Below are positions 57,201-64,000 of a stretch of DNA of 64,000 nucleotides, one piece after another. A program made the position numbers and the translations under genes. The notes beneath the pieces are model-generated. The model was not told the DNA's origin, did no database searches, and saw only the letters and a program-made list of their open reading frames with translations. The stretch's first letter is position 1; each line of letters starts with the position of its first letter. Origin of the DNA: Macrostomum lignano (taxonomy: Eukaryota); contig NIVC01000581.1 in the NCBI GenBank assembly GCA_002269645.1, positions 372,001 through 436,000 of the forward strand, read 5' to 3'.

Positions 57201-60200
57201 TGATTGTCAGGGAGGATCAGGAGTGATTCTCAGGGAGGATCAGGAGTGATTCTCAGGGAGGATCAGGAGTGATTCTCAGGGAGGATCAGGAGTGATTCTC
57301 AGGGAGGATCAGGAGTGATTGTCAGGGAGGATCAGGAGTGATTCTCAGGGAGGATCAGGAGTGATTTCAGGGAGGATCAGGAGTGATTCTCAGGGAGGAT
57401 CAGGAGTGATTCTCAGGGAGGATGAGGAGTGATTGTCAGGGAGGATCAGGAGTGATTCTCAGGGAGGATCAGGAGTGATTCTCAGGGAGGATCAGGAGTG
57501 ATTCTAGGGAGGATCAGGAGTGATTGTCAGGGAGGATCAGGAGTGATTCAGGGAGGATCAGGAGTGATTCTCAGGGAGGATCAGGAGTGATTCTCAGGGA
57601 GGATCAGGAGTGATTCTCAGGGAGGATAGTCAGGAGTGATTGTCAGGGAGGATCAGGAGTGATTCTCAGGGAGGATCAGGAGTGATTCTCAGGGAGGATA
57701 GGAGGATCAGGAGTGATTGTCAGGGAGGATCAGGAGTGATTCTCAGGGAGGATCAGGAGTGATTCTCAGGGAGGATAGGGAGGATCAGGAGTGATTCTCA
57801 GGGAGGATCAGGAGTGATTCTCAGGGAGGATCAGGAGTGATTCTCAGGGAGGATCAGGAGTGATTCTCAGGGAGGATCAGGAGTGATTGTCAGGGAGGAT
57901 CAGGAGTGATTCTCAGGGAGGATCAGGAGTGATTCTCAGGGAGGATCAGGAGTGATTCTCAGGGAGGATCAGGAGTGATTCTCAGGGAGGATCAGGAGTG
58001 ATTCTCAGGGAGGATCAGGAGTGATTCTAGGGAGGATCAGGAGTGATTGTCAGGGAGGATCAGGAGTGATTCTCAGGGAGGATCAGGAGTGATTCTCAGG
58101 GAGGATCAGGAGTGATTCTCAGGGAGGATCAGGAGTGATTGTCAGGGAGGATCAGGAGTGATTGTCAGGGAGGATCAGGAGTGATTGTCAGGGAGGATCA
58201 GGAGTGATTCTCAGGGAGGATCAGGAGTGATTCTCAGGGAGGATCAGGAGTGATTGTCAGGGAGGATCAGGAGTGATTCTCAGGGAGGATCAGGAGTGAT
58301 TGTCAGGGAGGATCAGGAGTGATTCTCAGGGAGGATCAGGAGTGATTCTCAGGGAGGATCAGGAGTGATTGTCAGGGAGGATCAGGAGTGATTCTCAGGG
58401 AGGATCAGGAGTGATTGTCAGGGAGGATCAGGAGTGATTCTCAGGGAGGATCAGGAGTGATTCTCAGGGAGGATAGGGAGGATCAGGAGTGATTCTCAGG
58501 GAGGATCAGGAGTGATTCTCAGGGAGGATCAGGAGTGATTCTCAGGGAGGATCAGGAGTGATTCTCAGGGAGGATCAGGAGTGATTCTCAGGGAGGATCA
58601 GGAGTGATTGTCAGGGAGGATCAGGAGTGATTCTCAGGGAGGATCAGGAGTGATTGTCAGGGAGGATCAGGAGTGATTCTCAGGGAGGATCAGGAGTGAT
58701 TCTCAGGGAGGATCAGGAGTGATTGTCAGGGAGGATCAGGAGTGATTCTCAGGGAGGATCAGGAGTGATTGTCAGGGAGGATCAGGAGTGATTCTCAGGG
58801 AGGATCAGGAGTGATTCTCAGGGAGGATCAGGAGTGATTCTCAGGGAGGATCAGGAGTGATTCTCAGGGAGGATCAGGAGTGATTCTCAGGGAGGATCAG
58901 GAGTGATTCTCAGGGAGGATCAGGAGTGATTCTCAGGGAGGATCAGGAGTGATTCTCAGGGAGGATCAGGAGTGATTGTCAGGGAGGATCAGGAGTGATT
59001 CTCAGGGAGGATCAGGAGTGATTCTCAGGGAGGATCAGGAGTGATTCTCAGGGAGGATCAGGAGTGATTCTCAGGGAGGATCAGGAGTGATTGTCAGGGA
59101 GGATCAGGAGTGATTCTCAGGGAGGATCAGGAGTGATTCTCAGGGAGGATCAGGAGTGATTGTCAGGGAGGATCAGGAGTGATTGTCAGGGAGGATCAGG
59201 AGTGATTCTCAGGGAGGATCAGGAGTGATTCTCAGGGAGGATAGGGAGGATCAGGAGTGATTGTCAGGGAGGATCAGGAGTGATTCTCAGGGAGGATCAG
59301 GAGTGATTCTCAGGGAGGATCAGGAGTGATTCTCAGGGAGGATCAGGAGTGATTCTCAGGGAGGATCAGGAGTGATTCTCAGGGAGGATCAGGAGTGATT
59401 CTCAGGGAGGATAGGGAGGATCAGGAGTGATTGTCAGGGAGGATCAGGAGTGATTCTCAGGGAGGATCAGGAGTGATTCTCAGGGAGGATCAGGAGTGAT
59501 TCTCAGGAGGATAGGAGGATCAGGAGTGATTCTCAGGGAGGATCAGGAGTGATTCTCAGGGAGGATCAGGAGTGATTCTCAGGGAGGATCAGGAGTGATT
59601 CAGGGAGGATCAGGAGTGATTCTCAGGGAGGATCAGGAGTGATTCTCAGGGAGGATCAGGAGTGATTGTCAGGGAGGATCAGGAGTGATTCTCAGGGAGG
59701 ATCAGGAGTGATTCTCAGGGAGGATCAGGAGTGATTCTCAGGGAGGATCAGGAGTGATTGTCAGGGAGGATCAGGAGTGATTGTCAGGGAGGATCAGGAG
59801 TGATTCTCAGGGAGGATCAGGAGTGATTGTCAGGGAGGATCAGGAGTGATTCTCAGGGAGGATCAGGAGTGATTGTCAGGGAGGATCAGGAGTGATTCTC
59901 AGGGAGGATCAGGAGTGATTCTCAGGGAGGATCAGGAGTGATTCTCAGGGAGGATCAGGAGTGATTCTAGGGAGGATCAGGAGTGATTGTCAGGGAGGAT
60001 CAGGAGTGATTCTCAGGGAGGATCAGGAGTGATTGTCAGGGAGGATCAGGAGTGATTCTCAGGGAGGATCAGGAGTGATTGTCAGGGAGGATCAGGAGTG
60101 ATTCTCAGGGAGGATCAGGAGTGATTCTCAGGGAGGATCAGGAGTGATTGTCAGGGAGGATCAGGAGTGATTGTCAGGGAGGATCAGGAGTGATTCTCAG

Positions 60201-63200
60201 GGAGGATCAGGAGTGATTCTCAGGGAGGATCAGGAGTGATTGTCAGGGAGGATCAGGAGTGATTGTCAGGGAGGATCAGGAGTGATTCTCAGGGAGGATC
60301 AGGAGTGATTCTCAGGGAGGATCAGGAGTGATTCTCAGGGAGGATCAGGAGTGATTCTCAGGGAGGATCAGGAGTGATTCTCAGGGAGGATCAGGAGTGA
60401 TTGTCAGGGAGGATCAGGAGTGATTCTCAGGGAGGATCAGGAGTGATTCTCAGGGAGGATAGGGAGGATCAGGAGTGATTCTCAGGGAGGATCAGGAGTG
60501 ATTCTCAGGGAGGATCAGGAGTGATTCTCAGGGAGGATCAGGAGTGATTCTCAGGGAGGATCAGGAGTGATTCTCAGGGAGGATCAGGAGTGATTCTCAG
60601 GGAGGATCAGGAGTGATTCTCAGGGAGGATCAGGAGTGATTGTCAGGGAGGATCAGGAGTGATTCTCAGGGAGGATCAGGAGTGATTCTCAGGGAGGATC
60701 AGGAGTGATTGTCAGGGAGGATCAGGAGTGATTCTCAGGGAGGATCAGGAGTGATTCTCAGGGAGGATCAGGAGTGATTCTCAGGGAGGATCAGGAGTGA
60801 TTGTCAGGGAGGATCAGGAGTGATTCTCAGGGAGGATCAGGAGTGATTCTCAGGGAGGATCAGGAGTGATTCTCAGGGAGGATCAGGAGTGATTCTCAGG
60901 GAGGATCAGGAGTGATTGTCAGGGAGGATCAGGAGTGATTCTCAGGGAGGATCAGGAGTGATTCTCAGGGAGGATCAGGAGTGATTGTCAGGGAGGATCA
61001 GGAGTGATTCTCAGGGAGGATCAGGAGTGATTGTCAGGGAGGATCAGGAGTGATTCTCAGGGAGGATCAGGAGTGATTCTCAGGGAGGATCAGGAGTGAT
61101 TGTCAGGGAGGATCAGGAGTGATTCTCAGGGAGGATCAGGAGTGATTCAGGGAGGATCAGGAGTGATTGTCAGGGAGGATCAGGAGTGATTCTCAGGGAG
61201 GATCAGGAGTGATTCTCAGGGAGGATAGGGAGGATCAGGAGTGATTGTCAGGGAGGATCAGGAGTGATTCTCAGGGAGGATCAGGAGTGATTCTCAGGGA
61301 GGATAGGGAGGATCAGGAGTGATTGTCAGGGAGGATCAGGAGTGATTCTCAGGGAGGATCAGGAGTGATTCTCAGGGAGGATAGGGAGGATCAGGAGTGA
61401 TTGTCAGGGAGGATCAGGAGTGATTCTCAGGGAGGATCAGGAGTGATTCTCAGGGAGGATAGGGAGGATCAGGAGTGATTCTCAGGGAGGATCAGGAGTG
61501 ATTCTCAGGGAGGATAGGGAGGATCAGGAGTGATTGTCAGGGAGGATCAGGAGTGATTCTCAGGGAGGATCAGGAGTGATTCTCAGGGAGGATCAGGAGT
61601 GATTCTCAGGGAGGATCAGGAGTGATTCTCAGGGAGGATCAGGAGTGATTCTCAGGGAGGATCAGGAGTGATTCTCAGGGAGGATCAGGAGTGATTCTCA
61701 GGGAGGATCAGGAGTGATTCTCAGGGAGGATCAGGAGTGATTCTCAGGGAGGATCAGGAGTGATTCTCAGGGAGGATCAGGAGTGATTCTCAGGGAGGAT
61801 CAGGAGTGATTCTCAGGGAGGATCAGGAGTGATTCTCAGGGAGGATCAGGAGTGATTCTCAGGGAGGATCAGGAGTGATTGTCAGGGAGGATCAGGAGTG
61901 ATTCTCAGGGAGGATCAGGAGTGATTCTCAGGGAGGATAGGGAGGATCAGGAGTGATTGTCAGGGAGGATCAGGAGTGATTCTCAGGGAGGATCAGGAGT
62001 GATTCTCAGGGAGGATCAGGAGTGATTCTCAGGGAGGATCAGGAGTGATTCACAGGGAGGATCAGGAGTGATTCTCAGGGAGGATCAGGAGTGATTCTCA
62101 GGGAGGATCAGGAGTGATTCTCAGGGAGGATCAGGAGTGATTCTCAGGGAGGATCAGGAGTGATTCTCAGGGAGGATCAGGAGTGATTCTCAGGGAGGAT
62201 CAGGAGTGATTCTCAGGGAGGATCAGGAGTGATTCTCAGGGAGGATCAGGAGTGATTCTCAGGGAGGATCAGGAGTGATTGTCAGGGAGGATCAGGAGTG
62301 ATTCTCAGGGAGGATCAGGAGTGATTCTCAGGGAGGATCAGGAGTGATTCTCAGGGAGGATCAGGAGTGATTGTCAGGGAGGATCAGGAGTGATTCTCAG
62401 GGAGGATCAGGAGTGATTCTCAGGGAGGATCAGGAGTGATTCTCAGGGAGGATCAGGAGTGATTCTCAGGGAGGATCAGGAGTGATTCTCAGGGAGGATC
62501 AGGAGTGATTCTCAGGGAGGATCAGGAGTGATTGTCAGGGAGGATCAGGAGTGATTCAGGGAGGATCAGGAGTGATTCTCAGGGAGGATCAGGAGTGATT
62601 CTCAGGGAGGATCAGGAGTGATTCTCAGGGAGGATCAGGAGTGATTCTCAGGGAGGATCAGGAGTGATTCTCAGGGAGGATCAGGAGTGATTCTCAGGGA
62701 GGATCAGGAGTGATTCTCAGGGAGGATCAGGAGTGATTGTCAGGGAGGATCAGGAGTGATTCTCAGGGAGGATCAGGAGTGATTCTCAGGGAGGATCAGG
62801 AGTGATTGTCAGGGAGGATCAGGAGTGATTCTCAGGGAGGATCAGGAGTGATTCTCAGGGAGGATCAGGAGTGATTCTCAGGGAGGATCAGGGAGGATCA
62901 GGAGTGATTGTCAGGGAGGATCAGGAGTGATTCTCAGGGAGGATCAGGAGTGATTCTCAGGGAGGATAGGAGGATCAGGAGTGATTGTCAGGGAGGATCA
63001 GGAGTGATTCTCAGGGAGGATCAGGAGTGATTCTCAGGGAGGATAGGGAGGATCAGGAGTGATTCTCAGGGAGGATCAGGAGTGATTCTCAGGGAGGATC
63101 AGGAGTGATTCTCAGGGAGGATCAGGAGTGATTCTCAGGGAGGATCAGGAGTGATTCTCAGGGAGGATCAGGAGTGATTCTCAGGGAGGATCAGGAGTGA

Positions 63201-64000
63201 TTCTCAGGGAGGATCAGGAGTGATTCTCAGGGAGGATCAGGAGTGATTCTCAGGGAGGATCAGGAGTGATTCTCAGGGAGGATCAGGAGTGATTCTCAGG
63301 GAGGATCAGGAGTGATTCTCAGGGAGGATCAGGAGTGATTCTCAGGGAGGATCAGGAGTGATTCTCAGGGAGGATCAGGAGTGATTCTCAGGGAGGATCA
63401 GGAGTGATTGTCAGGGAGGATCAGGAGTGATTCTCAGGGAGGATCAGGAGTGATTCTCAGGGAGGATCAGGAGTGATTCTCAGGGAGGATCAGGAGTGAT
63501 TCTCAGGGAGGATCAGGAGTGATTCTCAGGGAGGATCAGGAGTGATTCTCAGGGAGGATCAGGAGTGATTCTCAGGGAGGATCAGGAGTGATTCTCAGGG
63601 AGGATCAGGAGTGATTGTCAGGGAGGATCAGGAGTGATTCTCAGGGAGGATCAGGAGTGATTCTCAGGGAGGATCAGGAGTGATTGTCAGGGAGGATCAG
63701 GAGTGATTCTCAGGGAGGATCAGGAGTGATTCTCAGGGAGGATCAGGAGTGATTCTCAGGGAGGATCAGGAGTGATTGTCAGGGAGGATCAGGAGTGATT
63801 CTCAGGGAGGATCAGGAGTGATTCTCAGGGAGGATCAGGAGTGATTCTCAGGGAGGATCAGGAGTGATTCTCAGGGAGGATCAGGAGTGATTGTCAGGGA
63901 GGATCAGGAGTGATTCTCAGGGAGGATCAGGAGTGATTGTCAGGGAGGATCAGGAGTGATTCTCAGGGAGGATCAGGAGTGATTCTCAGGGAGGATCAGG
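48201..64000. repeat. 23-bp satellite array (CAGGGAGGATCAGGAGTGATTCT), at least 15.8 kb, runs off the window
   Basis: Continuous array of roughly 650-690 units. Main variants are GATTCTC and GATTGTC, plus a 9-bp insertion (TAGGGAGGA). Confidence 0.99.

Overview
This is eukaryotic (animal) genomic DNA. GC-rich spliced exons are separated by AT-rich spacers, and almost every long intron carries its own tandem minisatellite. That architecture resembles free-living flatworms such as Macrostomum, but this is inference and the species cannot be established from the window. Gene models were built by hand with GT/AG junctions and consistent reading phase: a secreted prohormone-like gene (1192-1797 +), synaptogyrin (4636-7907 -), a 10-exon 809-aa protein with an N-terminal Macro-like domain and three TIR-type domains (10610-16092 +; the most interesting locus), a DEG/ENaC channel (20957-22972 -), an orphan two-exon gene (24477-26509 +), CDC45 (29027-32749 -), two paralogous secreted WSC + PAN/apple-like genes (34957-35726 -, with a 1-nt frameshift; 38928-40086 -) and a pseudokinase (45623-47759 +). 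Mobile DNA includes two hAT-type MITEs and a 40-bp hAT-like mini-element (all with 8-bp TSDs), a tRNA-derived CORE-SINE, a decayed Tc1/mariner, a decayed Penelope-like element with a hammerhead-like motif, and weaker LINE and DIRS traces. From about 48.2 kb to the window end is a 23-bp satellite. Most long ORFs in the supplied track are read-throughs of tandem repeats, not genes. All protein assignments are by-eye motif recognition; no database search was run.
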